DNA of 38,632 nucleotides from a virus (IMGVR_UViG_3300020045_004025:1-38632), one strand, 5' to 3'. Positions 7,728 through 17,736 are shown, counted from the stretch's first letter. Translations and numbers: made by a program. Notes: generated by a model not told the origin, from the letters alone.

Positions 7728-10449
7728 ACACGAATTAGAAATAGTTGGAATTGGTGCGCCTTTAATGTACGAAATTTGTGAGCCTATCGGTTTTGATGGT
7801 TTGCAATTTGAAACAGAGCAAGAAAGCAAACGTTTTGCACGTTCAATAAATTTCGGTGCGTTAGATAAGATTGAGTTTGTTAATGCAGTTGGAAACTTAG
7901 CAACTACACCACAAGTAAAAAATCAATTTGGCGATGTATCAGAATATTTAGATTATGGTTTAGAATGGCTTTTATACGGATTAGAACAACGAGGATTTGA
8001 ATTAGAAGCCTATTATCATTTATCAAAAGATGGTGTTTATTTTCCAAAAATGCAATTAGATTTTAGCGAAAAAGATATTACCGATGGTAAAGATTATGTA
8101 AGTTGTAAACTTATTGATATAGGTGTTATAATGGATTATAAACGTCAAGGCACTGAAATCTTTAACGCATTTAGCGACAAAGATTTTAAAGGCAATACCA
8201 TTACACCATTACCTACTTTTAACTATTTAAGACGTGCTACACCAGAAGAACAAATAAGTAAGTTTAAAGGGAATAATACAAGTGTTTCTGCAGAGGCGTA
8301 TTTTTCTTCTCAATTCTTATTTAGGTTTAATGTTTTAGCTAATAATTCGAATGTTGTTATTGAATCGGGAATAGAAAACACTTTATCTTTTTTAAGTCCA
8401 ACTATTGTAAAAGGTTCGGCACAAGATAATAACGGAATATTCAGACCTATTCCAGTTGATAGTGGTTCGTTTCAATTCTTTGAGGCAAAGAATGATTTTT
8501 CAAATACAACTATAAAGTTTAATAATATAAATGCAAGAGTAAGAGCGGTAAAAAACAACACAACTACAACAAACGTATTAACCGCTTCTGGAACTGCTAA
8601 ACTTATTTTATTAATAGGTGGTTTTGACTTAGCTACAGAGGGTTTTGATTATTACGAGTTATGGAATAAAGACTATAATACTATTACTGACTTTAATAAT
8701 GTTTTTACAAGTGTACCGAGTTCGTTAAGTATTACTATACCATTTGTTGAAAGAAGCAAAAGAGCGTATATATTTTTCGCTAATGATACTACTGCTACTT
8801 TCGATAATACAACCGATGAGGATTGTTTTGCAAGTATTCAAACCGAAGTTAACGCAATGGATATTGAAATAACCGCAACATCAACAGCAATAGATTCTGT
8901 TATTAAAGCGGTTAATTGGATTGATTTAATTAAACAAAGTTCAAAATATATTAGTAATTTACCGATTGATGCGCCTAAATTCGATGTAGGTGGCGAACAC
9001 TACAATAATGTAGTTTTTAATCGTAGAATGGTATCACAAAAAACTGACTATTTCAATGTTAAACCAAATGATGTTTTTGGAAGTGTTGAAGAAGTTTGTG
9101 CTGATTACGAAATTAATCGTAACGAAATATTTATCGATAGTTATGATAAATATTATACAAGTAATGAAATTGGAGTATTTGAGATAATACCAAGTAAAGA
9201 TTATCAAAGATATTACAACGACAGAGCGATGTTAAAATCGTTTAAATATGGTTATAAAACATATGAGCAAGAGCGTACTGCAGTCGGAACAAGTAATTCT
9301 ATTCACACAGAAAGCGAATGGTTATTACCAAACTTATTAGCAGACAATACAAAAGAAATTAATAATAATTTTGTACGTGATGCGTATTCTATTCAATCGA
9401 TAATAGATTTAGAAATTAAACAGCCAACAACGTCGACAAATGAAGATGACAAAGTTTACATTGAGGAATATGTAGCGTTGCAACCTAATAGCTTCGGAAC
9501 ATTCGGAGCAAGGTTATTAATGCGAATAGTAGGTAGTAATTTAGAAATACTAAACCGAGATAGCAATGGTGATAGCGGAAGCGTTGTAATAAATTGGGCT
9601 ATTTTAGGATTTAATGTTGGAGATAACTTTGAAATAACAAGCGGTGTAAACGTTGGTAATTATAGTGTTTTAGCTATTACAAATAGCGTTTTAACTTTAC
9701 AACCGATAGGTTTCACACCAGCTTTTTCAGGCGATGGATATATTAAAGTAAAATACTTCTATTCAAATGTAGCGTATCAAACGAGATTAACACAAGGAGT
9801 TATTTTACCATTAAACAACACGCTTTCAAGCATAAACTACTCAATCAAACGAAATATTTTGCGTTGGGGTTCGTGGATAGCCACTGCAATACTTTATAAT
9901 AAAACGTTATTAAAAAATACATTCTTTAAAAATAACGGAGCGTTTACAAGTCAATTAGTTGGAGAAAGCGCACCGATAACTGAAAACGCAAATGTAAATT
10001 ATACCGATTTAAACGAGCCAATTATTAACGCAAACGTGCATAATTTAAGTTTAGTAGCAAGTTATGAAAGCGTAGTTGATTATATGAACACTTACGCAAC
10101 CGACAGAGGTTTTGTGCGTTGTTATGATATGCAAGGAAATATAATCAAAGGTTACATACAAAAAAACGCATATAATCCATTTACAAAAGAATTTAATGTT
10201 ACATTAGAAGAAAAATATTATACGCCTTATTTGAATTTAACCTATACAAATGGTATATTAAACGTCGATGGAACTGATTACGATTTAGGCGGTGTTTCTA
10301 ATTGGTGGATATTTGAAAACAACTTCTTTAAAGTGTTTGATAAAAATAGTATTCCGATTTGTAACTTTTATAAATATAATTTTGTAATTTTGGATGGAAT
10401 TAGTTATACTACCAAACTTGATTTACAAAATGCCTTAATAGCATTATAA
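7720..10449 (+). CDS. Tail tip/hub structural protein
   Basis: 909 aa, beta-rich, directly after the tape measure gene. Confidence 0.65.
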   Translation: MYKHELEIVGIGAPLMYEICEPIGFDGLQFETEQESKRFARSINFGALDKIEFVNAVGNLATTPQVKNQFGDVSEYLDYGLEWLLYGLEQRGFELEAYYHLSKDGVYFPKMQLDFSEKDITDGKDYVSCKLIDIGVIMDYKRQGTEIFNAFSDKDFKGNTITPLPTFNYLRRATPEEQISKFKGNNTSVSAEAYFSSQFLFRFNVLANNSNVVIESGIENTLSFLSPTIVKGSAQDNNGIFRPIPVDSGSFQFFEAKNDFSNTTIKFNNINARVRAVKNNTTTTNVLTASGTAKLILLIGGFDLATEGFDYYELWNKDYNTITDFNNVFTSVPSSLSITIPFVERSKRAYIFFANDTTATFDNTTDEDCFASIQTEVNAMDIEITATSTAIDSVIKAVNWIDLIKQSSKYISNLPIDAPKFDVGGEHYNNVVFNRRMVSQKTDYFNVKPNDVFGSVEEVCADYEINRNEIFIDSYDKYYTSNEIGVFEIIPSKDYQRYYNDRAMLKSFKYGYKTYEQERTAVGTSNSIHTESEWLLPNLLADNTKEINNNFVRDAYSIQSIIDLEIKQPTTSTNEDDKVYIEEYVALQPNSFGTFGARLLMRIVGSNLEILNRDSNGDSGSVVINWAILGFNVGDNFEITSGVNVGNYSVLAITNSVLTLQPIGFTPAFSGDGYIKVKYFYSNVAYQTRLTQGVILPLNNTLSSINYSIKRNILRWGSWIATAILYNKTLLKNTFFKNNGAFTSQLVGESAPITENANVNYTDLNEPIINANVHNLSLVASYESVVDYMNTYATDRGFVRCYDMQGNIIKGYIQKNAYNPFTKEFNVTLEEKYYTPYLNLTYTNGILNVDGTDYDLGGVSNWWIFENNFFKVFDKNSIPICNFYKYNFVILDGISYTTKLDLQNALIAL

Positions 10450-10450
10450 T

Positions 10451-11554
10451 ATGAATATAGACAAAAGTTTTATAAAACTTTACTTAAACGACTTCGTAAA
10501 GGCAAAGAGTAGCGCAAACCCAAACGTCGCTACTCTACTTTACGATGGTTTTATAGTTCAATTACCGAATGAAACTTTTGTTCAAGAAACTAATAGCGAT
10601 GTTGATATTGCTTTTGCTGGTGGTATTCAAATTGATTTAATAAATAGTTGTGAAAAAATAATAAAAAACATAGATGATAACTTTTACTATACAAGTTTTA
10701 TTGATGATAAAGGGATTTCTCAGATACGATTTGAATTTGGTTTAATAAACGATAACTTTTATACTACACCGCTTTATTTGAAAATTACCGATTTAATTAA
10801 TGGTAATATTTACTATTCAAATAGCTTTTTGGTAACCGATTATTACGCTAAAACTACAACAAGAGTAGATTATTTTAATAATGGTGATGTAGTTAAAAAA
10901 TCTATTCGTTTAAACAACTGCTATTATCATACACCACAAAATAAACTTGACTTAAAAAGTTATACAACTACACAAGGTTTTCAAACAACATACCAAAATA
11001 CACCAACTTATTTACAGAAATATTTGATTGACCAATTAGATTTTTTAGTAAATGATAGCGTAACTGATATGCTATGCAAAGAAATAGTTTATATTAACAA
11101 CGTGCGTTCAACTATTTCAGAATACAAAGCAGATGAACGTATTGGAACTACTAACTTTTTAAGTGCTGAATTTTTAGTAAATCCTTTAAATCAGTTAAAG
11201 AATTGGAATTTACAGATATTACCAACTTTTGCGTTAGTTTCTTCTATTCCAATTAACACAAGTATATCAACTACTTTTAATGGATTAGTTTCGTTTACTT
11301 TTAATAAAAATGTAACTACTACAACGTCGGTAAAACTATATAACGGAACTACTTTAGTAGCAACTGAAATAGGTACTATTACAAACAATGTTATCGATGT
11401 AGATTTTAGTGCATATACTTTCGTAAATGGTAATTACACGTTAATAATTGATTTAGTAACAAGTAATTCAGAAAGCACAAATGTTAATACAACTTTTGAA
11501 ATAGCAACAGGACAATACAATAGTTCTCAATATAGTAATGATTATTTAATTTAA
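10451..11554 (+). CDS. Tail protein with C-terminal Ig-like domain
   Basis: 367 aa; the C-terminus (SFTFNKNV...YTLIID) is Ig/Big-like. Confidence 0.55.
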   Translation: MNIDKSFIKLYLNDFVKAKSSANPNVATLLYDGFIVQLPNETFVQETNSDVDIAFAGGIQIDLINSCEKIIKNIDDNFYYTSFIDDKGISQIRFEFGLINDNFYTTPLYLKITDLINGNIYYSNSFLVTDYYAKTTTRVDYFNNGDVVKKSIRLNNCYYHTPQNKLDLKSYTTTQGFQTTYQNTPTYLQKYLIDQLDFLVNDSVTDMLCKEIVYINNVRSTISEYKADERIGTTNFLSAEFLVNPLNQLKNWNLQILPTFALVSSIPINTSISTTFNGLVSFTFNKNVTTTTSVKLYNGTTLVATEIGTITNNVIDVDFSAYTFVNGNYTLIIDLVTSNSESTNVNTTFEIATGQYNSSQYSNDYLI

Positions 11555-11558
11555 AAAT

Positions 11559-11993
11559 ATGGCAACAACAAAGGCAAGTTTGATTTCAGCGGTTAATACA
11601 TTTATTACTGCAGTAATTGACGTAACAAAACATCGTAATTCGATGTTAGAACTAATAAATACATTCTTTTCAACAACGATAACCAAAAGCAATACCGCTG
11701 GAGCAAATCAATTTACATATAACCTTAAATTCAACAAAAAAGGTAATTTTGTTACTTGTAAAGGTTATATTAGAAACGATTACGCAACGATAAGAGGCAA
11801 TGAAATTTGTTTCACTCAAACAGATACAGAACTTTATGCAAAAACAAGTGATGATACTATTTCAAGCGGTGTATTATTTCCAAGTAATACCAATTGCAGA
11901 ATATCATTTGCTACTAATACAATCTATTTATTGGATTCTATTTCAAGTGGTGGAACATTACAAATTAACACAACTTACCAAGTAAACGACTAA
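11559..11993 (+). CDS. Putative minor tail/fibre-associated protein
   Basis: 144 aa, beta-rich; synteny. Confidence 0.5.
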   Translation: MATTKASLISAVNTFITAVIDVTKHRNSMLELINTFFSTTITKSNTAGANQFTYNLKFNKKGNFVTCKGYIRNDYATIRGNEICFTQTDTELYAKTSDDTISSGVLFPSNTNCRISFATNTIYLLDSISSGGTLQINTTYQVND

Positions 11994-11996
11994 ATT

Positions 11997-12722
11997 ATGG
12001 CAACAATACCTTTTGCATATATACAACAAAATGATATTATAGGGACTAATTTACTTCCTATTGAGTATTCATTTGAAAAAGATTCAACATTTACAACAAT
12101 AGCTGGGACTGGGACAAGTATAGTTTCAGATATTTATTATAATGTTTTCAGTGGCAAATATGGACTTACTTCTACTAATTTAGATTATCAAAATACTGAT
12201 TATAGTTTTTGGTTAACCGATGTGCCTTATATTTCTACATTTGACGGATATGCAATTTTGTCTTTTTATGTAAACGATATGTCAGATAGTGCAAAAGTAA
12301 GTATTGAATTATTTATTGACGGATTATCAATAAACTTATATACTTTTGATACTGCAAATAATGAGGTTTCAGATGATAATTTATGGCGTAGATACGCACA
12401 AAGATTTTTATTAAGTGTTGGTCAAGAAGTAACATTAAAAGTTACAATTGAAAAAGATACTTCAAGTAGTTCACCTACAAGACAAATTTATTTTGATGCT
12501 TTTAAATTAGAAATTGATGACAAAGGTGTAGGGTTGCCAAGTATATATATAAGTCCAGAAATTGAGCAAAACGCAACTGAGTTAGGTTTCACGCAACTTA
12601 CGACAACTGAAATAAACGCATTAACACCAACAGAGGGGTTGACAGTCTATAACACTACTTTACACGTTCTTTGTTTTTACGATGGTACGGATTGGAAAAA
12701 AGTAACTCACTCAAATATGTAA
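11997..12722 (+). CDS. Putative tail protein with carbohydrate-binding-like jelly roll
   Basis: 241 aa; WRRYAQRF and IYFDAFKLE are CBM-like; C-terminal TPTEGLTVYNTT..FYDGTDW is a fibre motif. Confidence 0.55.
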   Translation: MATIPFAYIQQNDIIGTNLLPIEYSFEKDSTFTTIAGTGTSIVSDIYYNVFSGKYGLTSTNLDYQNTDYSFWLTDVPYISTFDGYAILSFYVNDMSDSAKVSIELFIDGLSINLYTFDTANNEVSDDNLWRRYAQRFLLSVGQEVTLKVTIEKDTSSSSPTRQIYFDAFKLEIDDKGVGLPSIYISPEIEQNATELGFTQLTTTEINALTPTEGLTVYNTTLHVLCFYDGTDWKKVTHSNM

Positions 12723-12726
12723 TTTT

Positions 12727-15096
12727 ATGTTTAAAATAATAAAAAAAGGTAGTAATAATTTTTGGCACGTCTTTAACGATGGTGCTAAAAACGTTTCTAT
12801 TAGTGATTTTGAAGTAGTTTTAGACGATGTTTTAAACACATTTGTAATAGTATTACGAAATGGTGCAAACATTCCTCAAATAGCTTTAAGCGTTTTAGAT
12901 ATTATTGTAATCGATGAAACCGCTTCAAGTGTTGAAGAAACATTCTTAACCGCTTCACAATTAAGATCGAGATTAGTTGTTTTAGGTTATACTGCTTATT
13001 TGAATGGTAGCGGTGTAACCGAACTTTCACAATTAACCGATGTTGATGTAAGCGGACTTACAAATGGGCAAGTACTTGTTTGGAATAGTACAACTAATAA
13101 GTGGACTGCTACAACTATTGGAGGAATAACAACCCCAACACTTCAAGAAGTTACAACAGCTGGGAATGAAACCGACCAACCGATTATATTAGAGTCTTTT
13201 GGTTCAACTGCTACTATAGGCGCTAATGATTCAGCTGGGGAGTTTTATATAGAAACAAGCGAAAGCGGTGGAAATAAAGCTATTTTAAATACTACTAATA
13301 TAACCGCTGATAGATTATATGCTTTCCCAGATAGAGATATGACACTTGCTGGTTTAGATGATATACAAATAGTTCACGAAAACGAAGTAAAAACACTTGC
13401 TAAAAACACTGATGGGGAGTTTTCTTTTCCTCATGGAACTTTACAAGTAGGAAACAAGTTTTATATCGGAACACGTGAGGGTGCAACTTCTAAATTATTA
13501 CGATATAACGAACTTATTTTAGAAGAAAGCATTACTATTCCGTGTACTGCTACAATTGGTTTAGAAAGCCTTTGTACTGATGGAACACGTTTATATGGAA
13601 TTAGACATAATGGTGGAGTTTCTTATATTTTCGATTGTGATTTAGAAGACTTTACAGATATTCAATATAACACTATTTCGGGAGTTGATTTACTTGGAAG
13701 TCCTGCAATTGTTACCGATGGCACTTATATTTACGGAGTTGAAAATACTACTCCTACTTGTGACTTCTTTAAAATTAGAATCAGCGATTGGTCAACAATA
13801 TTGACAAATAGTTGGACTGGTGTAGGCGGTGGTCACGGATGTAAAATAAACGTTGCCGATGGAGTTGCGTATTTCAGTTCTCAATTAGGTTATTTTGCAA
13901 AAGTAGCATTATCTGATTTGACATATACGCAATTAGACTTAAGAAACTATTTGTCAATTATTACAGACGATTTAGCTTTTTGTCCTGCAAGTGATAATAC
14001 AGCATTTATTAATTATGCTATTGTAGGTGGCGAATATCGAGATACAACAACTGGCAAAGGCGGTGTTTTAATTGATACCGATGCAATGACTTTTTTGGAA
14101 TTTAATTTAATTCCTACTTACGGATTATTTTTTAACAACGATTATACTAAATTATATAATTGCTCAAATGTTGGTTTTATTGAAGAAATAGACTTCGAGA
14201 GCCTTATTTATAATTTGCAATTTAACCAGCCTTACACCTGCAATACTTACACGTTTAGACAGGGTGGTGTTCCGAATGAAATGTTTTTCAATACTTCAAA
14301 CGCTCCTTATTGTACTAATTGGATTAGTGGTGGTAATTTGTTTAAAATTGAATTAACACCTTTAGTATTACCTTTAATAACGGAACGTGAAAGCTACTAT
14401 AGAAATTTAGTATCTGTACCTACTGCATTGTCACAATTAACAGAAGATAGTACACATAGAGTTGTTACCGATGCTGAAAAAACTACTTGGAATGGTAAAC
14501 AAAGTGCTTTAGGCTTTACACCTGAAGACGTTTCAAATAAAAGCGATTCTTATACTACAAGTTCTTCAACTACTTATGCAAGTACTAAAGCTATTGTAGA
14601 TGGTTTAGCAACTAAACAAGATGCTTTATCTTACACGCCATATAAATTCATACAAGTATCTGACACACCTCACACGGGTACAACTGCTGAAACAATTTTA
14701 GCAACCGCAACAATAGTTGGCAATACATTACCAAGTACAGAAGTTTTAGAGGCGTTATTTGGAGTTAATAAAACGGGGACTGGTGGAGCTTATACAATTA
14801 GATTAAAAATAAATACTTCTAACACTTTGTCAGGCGCTACAACAATAGCAACATTTACCGCTGGTTCTTCAACCGCTCAATGGACTTTAATGTCAAGAAG
14901 TTTTACTTTATTGGGTGGTAATTTAAGAGGTTATCCATTTGCCACATCGCAAGTAAACGACGTTATGAACGTTGGTGGTGCAATAGGCTCAACTGCTTAT
15001 AATACAACAAACACTTTGTATATGTTTTGGTGTGTAACACTTGTTAATTCAGGAGATAGTATAACACCAAATTTATGTAACTTAACAAATAATTAA
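12727..15096 (+). CDS. Tail fibre/receptor-binding protein (mosaic, beta-propeller-like centre)
   Basis: 789 aa; fibre motifs LSQLTDVDV..NGQVLVWN, PTLQEVTTAGN and KTTWNGKQ; repeated TDGTxIYG blades. Confidence 0.75.
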   Translation: MFKIIKKGSNNFWHVFNDGAKNVSISDFEVVLDDVLNTFVIVLRNGANIPQIALSVLDIIVIDETASSVEETFLTASQLRSRLVVLGYTAYLNGSGVTELSQLTDVDVSGLTNGQVLVWNSTTNKWTATTIGGITTPTLQEVTTAGNETDQPIILESFGSTATIGANDSAGEFYIETSESGGNKAILNTTNITADRLYAFPDRDMTLAGLDDIQIVHENEVKTLAKNTDGEFSFPHGTLQVGNKFYIGTREGATSKLLRYNELILEESITIPCTATIGLESLCTDGTRLYGIRHNGGVSYIFDCDLEDFTDIQYNTISGVDLLGSPAIVTDGTYIYGVENTTPTCDFFKIRISDWSTILTNSWTGVGGGHGCKINVADGVAYFSSQLGYFAKVALSDLTYTQLDLRNYLSIITDDLAFCPASDNTAFINYAIVGGEYRDTTTGKGGVLIDTDAMTFLEFNLIPTYGLFFNNDYTKLYNCSNVGFIEEIDFESLIYNLQFNQPYTCNTYTFRQGGVPNEMFFNTSNAPYCTNWISGGNLFKIELTPLVLPLITERESYYRNLVSVPTALSQLTEDSTHRVVTDAEKTTWNGKQSALGFTPEDVSNKSDSYTTSSSTTYASTKAIVDGLATKQDALSYTPYKFIQVSDTPHTGTTAETILATATIVGNTLPSTEVLEALFGVNKTGTGGAYTIRLKINTSNTLSGATTIATFTAGSSTAQWTLMSRSFTLLGGNLRGYPFATSQVNDVMNVGGAIGSTAYNTTNTLYMFWCVTLVNSGDSITPNLCNLTNN

Positions 15097-15246
15097 ATGA
15101 AAACAATAATTGATAAGAATACAGAAGAAGTTTTATACGCTACAAATGTAGAAGTTGAACTTTTAGAAAACGAAATTGCAGTCGACGGATTAAGTGGCGA
15201 TTTCACACATTACAATTTAGTAACCAAAGAATTTTATAACAAATGA
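15097..15246 (+). CDS. Small protein (49 aa), possible fibre chaperone
   Basis: Hand-translated MKTIIDKNTEEVLYAT...; abuts the fibre stop codon. Confidence 0.65.
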   Translation: MKTIIDKNTEEVLYATNVEVELLENEIAVDGLSGDFTHYNLVTKEFYNK

Positions 15247-15506
15247 AAAACTTTATAAAAAACAATTACGACAGACATTTACTTTATACATTTGTAATCT
15301 TCTTTTTTGCATTATTTAGAATGAACTTAAAAGATACTGAATGGTTTGGAGTATTATTTATTTCTACATTATTTGCTTTTATTTTAAATTTAGGTAGAGA
15401 AATGTATTACGAGAAATTCCACGAAGCGCCTTTCGATATTTACGATGCTATTTATGGTGGCGTAGGTGGTTTATTAGCGGGGATATTATTTTTAACATTT
15501 ATATAA
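15243..15506 (+). CDS. Small multi-pass membrane protein
   Basis: 87 aa with about three hydrophobic segments; H..., RE.Y.E and D..D motifs. Confidence 0.7.
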   Translation: MKNFIKNNYDRHLLYTFVIFFFALFRMNLKDTEWFGVLFISTLFAFILNLGREMYYEKFHEAPFDIYDAIYGGVGGLLAGILFLTFI

Positions 15507-15508
15507 TT

Positions 15509-15637
15509 ATGAAAGAATTAAACGAAGAACAACAAAAAGCGGTAAAAGATGCGTTAGACTTATTGGATAGCGTTGGATTAGTAGATTGTGTAATTGTGCC
15601 GTCAATCGGTGCGCCACGTCCTCACAGACCGAAATAG
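15509..15637 (+). CDS. 42-aa peptide with Pro/Arg-rich C-terminus
   Basis: Hand-translated MKELNEEQQKAVKDALDLLDSVGLVDCVIVPSIGAPRPHRPK; typical AATTATG start context. Confidence 0.7.
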   Translation: MKELNEEQQKAVKDALDLLDSVGLVDCVIVPSIGAPRPHRPK

Positions 15638-15638
15638 A

Positions 15639-15974
15639 ATGAAAAATTTAGGAGCGTTTATATTACTTTATAATTTAGTTTGTATTTTAATAATGCAAAC
15701 AAATTGGTATTCTAACAATTGGCAAATTATAGATAGTATAGACACTCCTTTTTACATATCTTCGGCTATTATAGTGCTTTATATGTATCGTAAATTAAAC
15801 ATATTCCAAAAGCAATGTTATCTATTCGCTTTTATTTTTTTAGCGTTTAAATTAATCGATTTGAATTATCCTATTGATTATGTTAATTACAAGTTTTGGA
15901 GCATTTTAATAATCACAACACCGATTATATTACTAATTGAAAGGAATATAAATTATGATAGATTTAATAAATGA
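15639..15974 (+). CDS. Four-TM membrane protein (111 aa)
   Basis: ATG at 15639, one base after the peptide stop, is the likely start; four hydrophobic stretches. Confidence 0.7.
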   Translation: MKNLGAFILLYNLVCILIMQTNWYSNNWQIIDSIDTPFYISSAIIVLYMYRKLNIFQKQCYLFAFIFLAFKLIDLNYPIDYVNYKFWSILIITTPIILLIERNINYDRFNK

Positions 15975-16156
15975 GTAAAGAGCAATTTGATAAAATATTG
16001 AGTAAGTGGATAAGTCGAAAGCTATTAGTTTGGATTTTCGCTACAATTTTTGTTGCTTTTAAAATAATAACTAATACAGATTGGTTAGTGATTTCTTCTA
16101 TTTATATAGGAACAGAAACCGCACTAACATTTGTAGAAAAATATACTAATAAATAA
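15971..16156 (+). CDS. Putative holin
   Basis: 61 aa with two TM segments and SRKLLV motif, upstream of the endolysin. Confidence 0.6.
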   Translation: MSKEQFDKILSKWISRKLLVWIFATIFVAFKIITNTDWLVISSIYIGTETALTFVEKYTNK

Positions 16157-16168
16157 TACCCTTACAGA

Positions 16169-16471
16169 ATGACAGATTTAACAAAAGTCACCGCAGAAAT
16201 TGAGCGCATACGCCACCATCAAGATTTACAAAAGAAAGTAAACGAGGAAAATTCAAAGATATTACTTGAAATTAAAACCGCTTTAGTAGGTTCTGAAATG
16301 AACAATCATAAAGGCGTAGTTTCTCAATTAAAAGATATTGATGACCGAGTTGAGGACTTAGAAGATTTCAAAGGCGAAGTAAATGTTTATGTTAAACAAG
16401 CTAAATTTGTAATTGGTGCTTTAGTTGTTCTTTTATTAGGTATATTTGCGAAACTATTTAATTTAAAATAA
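16169..16471 (+). CDS. Coiled-coil protein with C-terminal TM (holin/lysis accessory)
   Basis: 100 aa coiled coil plus one TM; coupled to the endolysin. Confidence 0.55.
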   Translation: MTDLTKVTAEIERIRHHQDLQKKVNEENSKILLEIKTALVGSEMNNHKGVVSQLKDIDDRVEDLEDFKGEVNVYVKQAKFVIGALVVLLLGIFAKLFNLK

Positions 16472-16935
16472 TGATAACAACTACACAAGCTACTCAAAAA
16501 TATGGTGTTCCGAGTAAAAACCCAAACTATTTAACTACTTTAAACTTACCCTATCCAATGCGTTTAGCTTGGGACAAAAATATTAAAGTAAATAAAATCC
16601 AATGCCACAAATTAGTAGCTGATAAATTAGGTAAAATATTTACCGAGTTATTAGAGGTTTATGGCTATGATAAAATTGTTGAGTTAGGAATTGATTTATT
16701 TGGCGGTTGTTTTAATTTTCGTGCAATGCGTGGCGGAACTGCACCGAGTCGTCATAGTTGGGGAATAGCAATTGACCTTGACCCTGAAAGAAATCAATTA
16801 AAAGAAACGTCAAAAACTGCAAGGTTTGCACGTGCTGAATATAAACAAATGATTGATATTTTCTACAAACACGGATTTATTAGTTTAGGACGTGAAAAGA
16901 ATTATGATTTTATGCACTTTGAGGTTAAGGATTAA
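16471..16935 (+). CDS. Endolysin, M15 family Zn peptidase
   Basis: Motifs [18 protein letters not shown] (SxHxxGxAxD) and DFMHFE. Confidence 0.92.
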   Translation: MITTTQATQKYGVPSKNPNYLTTLNLPYPMRLAWDKNIKVNKIQCHKLVADKLGKIFTELLEVYGYDKIVELGIDLFGGCFNFRAMRGGTAPSRHSWGIAIDLDPERNQLKETSKTARFARAEYKQMIDIFYKHGFISLGREKNYDFMHFEVKD

Positions 16936-16940
16936 TTTTA

Positions 16941-16948
16941 TATATTTG
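16941..16948 (+). promoter_or_regulatory. -7 promoter element TATATTTG
   Basis: Consensus match directly after the endolysin stop. Confidence 0.6.
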
Positions 16949-16953
16949 CAGTA

Positions 16954-17038
16954 CTCATAATGCATAGTGTTTTTATAACACTTCATTAAACTACTAACAT
17001 TGGATTGAGGTGTCACTCGGTCGGTTAGTAGTTTTTTT
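16954..17038 (+). ncRNA. Candidate ~85-nt small RNA ending in an intrinsic terminator
   Basis: Promoter, then hairpin AGTGTT/AACACT, then a long hairpin AAACTACTAAC..GATTGAG/CTCGGTC..GTTAGTAGTTT with a U-tract; no ORF. Confidence 0.45.
16988..17038 (+). terminator. Intrinsic terminator after lysis genes
   Basis: 11-bp perfect stem 16988-16998/17024-17034 with a T-run. Confidence 0.75.
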
Positions 17039-17054
17039 ATATCTTATACCCACT

Positions 17055-17073
17055 ATTTAGACTAATTATAAAC
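17055..17073. promoter_or_regulatory. 19-bp palindromic operator ATTTAGACTAATTATAAAC
   Basis: One of five related boxes; starts 53 bp upstream of the -7 element at 17108. Confidence 0.65.
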
Positions 17074-17081
17074 TATATCAT

Positions 17082-17115
17082 TTTGTTATTAATATCAAAA
17101 TAAATGTTATATTTG
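17082..17115 (+). promoter_or_regulatory. Promoter (TTTG ... TATATTTG) driving the cassette array and accessory genes
   Basis: -33 TTTG at 17082-17085 and -7 TATATTTG at 17108-17115. Confidence 0.75.
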
Positions 17116-17125
17116 TAAAATAATT

Positions 17126-17240
17126 AACGTTTGGCAGCTTGGTGTCAGTTGCGGAATTTGAAAATAAATTTTTCTATTTAAGAAAAACGAACTTAGAAAC
17201 TATTATTAACCAAAAACAGCAATTGCACCAAACTGCTGTT
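17126..17240. mobile_element. attC-like recombination site 1
   Basis: AAC-GTTTG-GCAGCTTGGTGTCAGTTGC ... GCAATTGCACCAAACTGC-T-GTT; 115 nt with a bulged T and an inner sub-hairpin. Confidence 0.7.
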
Positions 17241-17256
17241 ATAAGTAGCTTTTATT

Positions 17257-17400
17257 ATGGAAAAACCAACTGCATACGAAAAGAATAACTTACCAATTGA
17301 AGTAAGGGAAAAGTATTGTGAAATAATTGAAAAATACCAATTGATTACGCATTACGAAAACGGAATAATAACAAAAGAGGAATTAATAAAAAAATTATGA
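17257..17400 (+). CDS. Cassette 1 ORF a (47 aa, hypothetical)
   Basis: Hand-translated MEKPTAYEKNNLPIEV...KKL; ATGA overlap with ORF b. Confidence 0.7.
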   Translation: MEKPTAYEKNNLPIEVREKYCEIIEKYQLITHYENGIITKEELIKKL

Positions 17401-17570
17401 AAAAGCCATTTAGTTTAAAAAGATTTTTAGTTCGATTATTACCAATATTTTTAGCAGAATTAATCGCTCCTTACATTGGAATAGTTGACACAATAGGAAA
17501 AGGAACTTATTATAGACTTTACGATGCTAAAAAATACGATGGAGCTGGTTTATTAGTTCGTCGCTCATAA
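17397..17570 (+). CDS. Cassette 1 ORF b (57 aa, hydrophobic N-terminal segment)
   Basis: Hand-translated MKKPFSLKRFLVRLLPIFLAELIAPYIG...RRS; the stop codon overlaps the cassette end box. Confidence 0.7.
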   Translation: MKKPFSLKRFLVRLLPIFLAELIAPYIGIVDTIGKGTYYRLYDAKKYDGAGLLVRRS

Positions 17571-17580
17571 AGTTACTTAT

Positions 17581-17705
17581 AACGTTCCGCTAGTACATCG
17601 TGGTACGGATAAGGATGCCAAATGTATCGGATAAACACAATTTATCCAAATACAAAACACTAATTAAATTAATCAATAATACCGTACTGCGTTGTACTAG
17701 CTGTT
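17581..17705. mobile_element. attC-like recombination site 2
   Basis: AAC-GTTCC-GCTAGTACATCGTGGTACGG ... CCGTACTGCGTTGTACTAGC-T-GTT; 125 nt; inner hairpin GGATAAA/TTTATCC. Confidence 0.75.
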
Positions 17706-17736
17706 AGCATTAGTGCGGTTCTTAAAACTGAATATT

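Noticed and set aside
11800-11985. 61-aa + strand ORF nested in 11559-11993
   Set aside because: Out-of-frame nested ORF with no supporting motif.
12727-15096. Diversity-generating retroelement or invertible fibre locus
   Set aside because: No reverse transcriptase or invertase, and no second copy of the fibre 3' end was seen.
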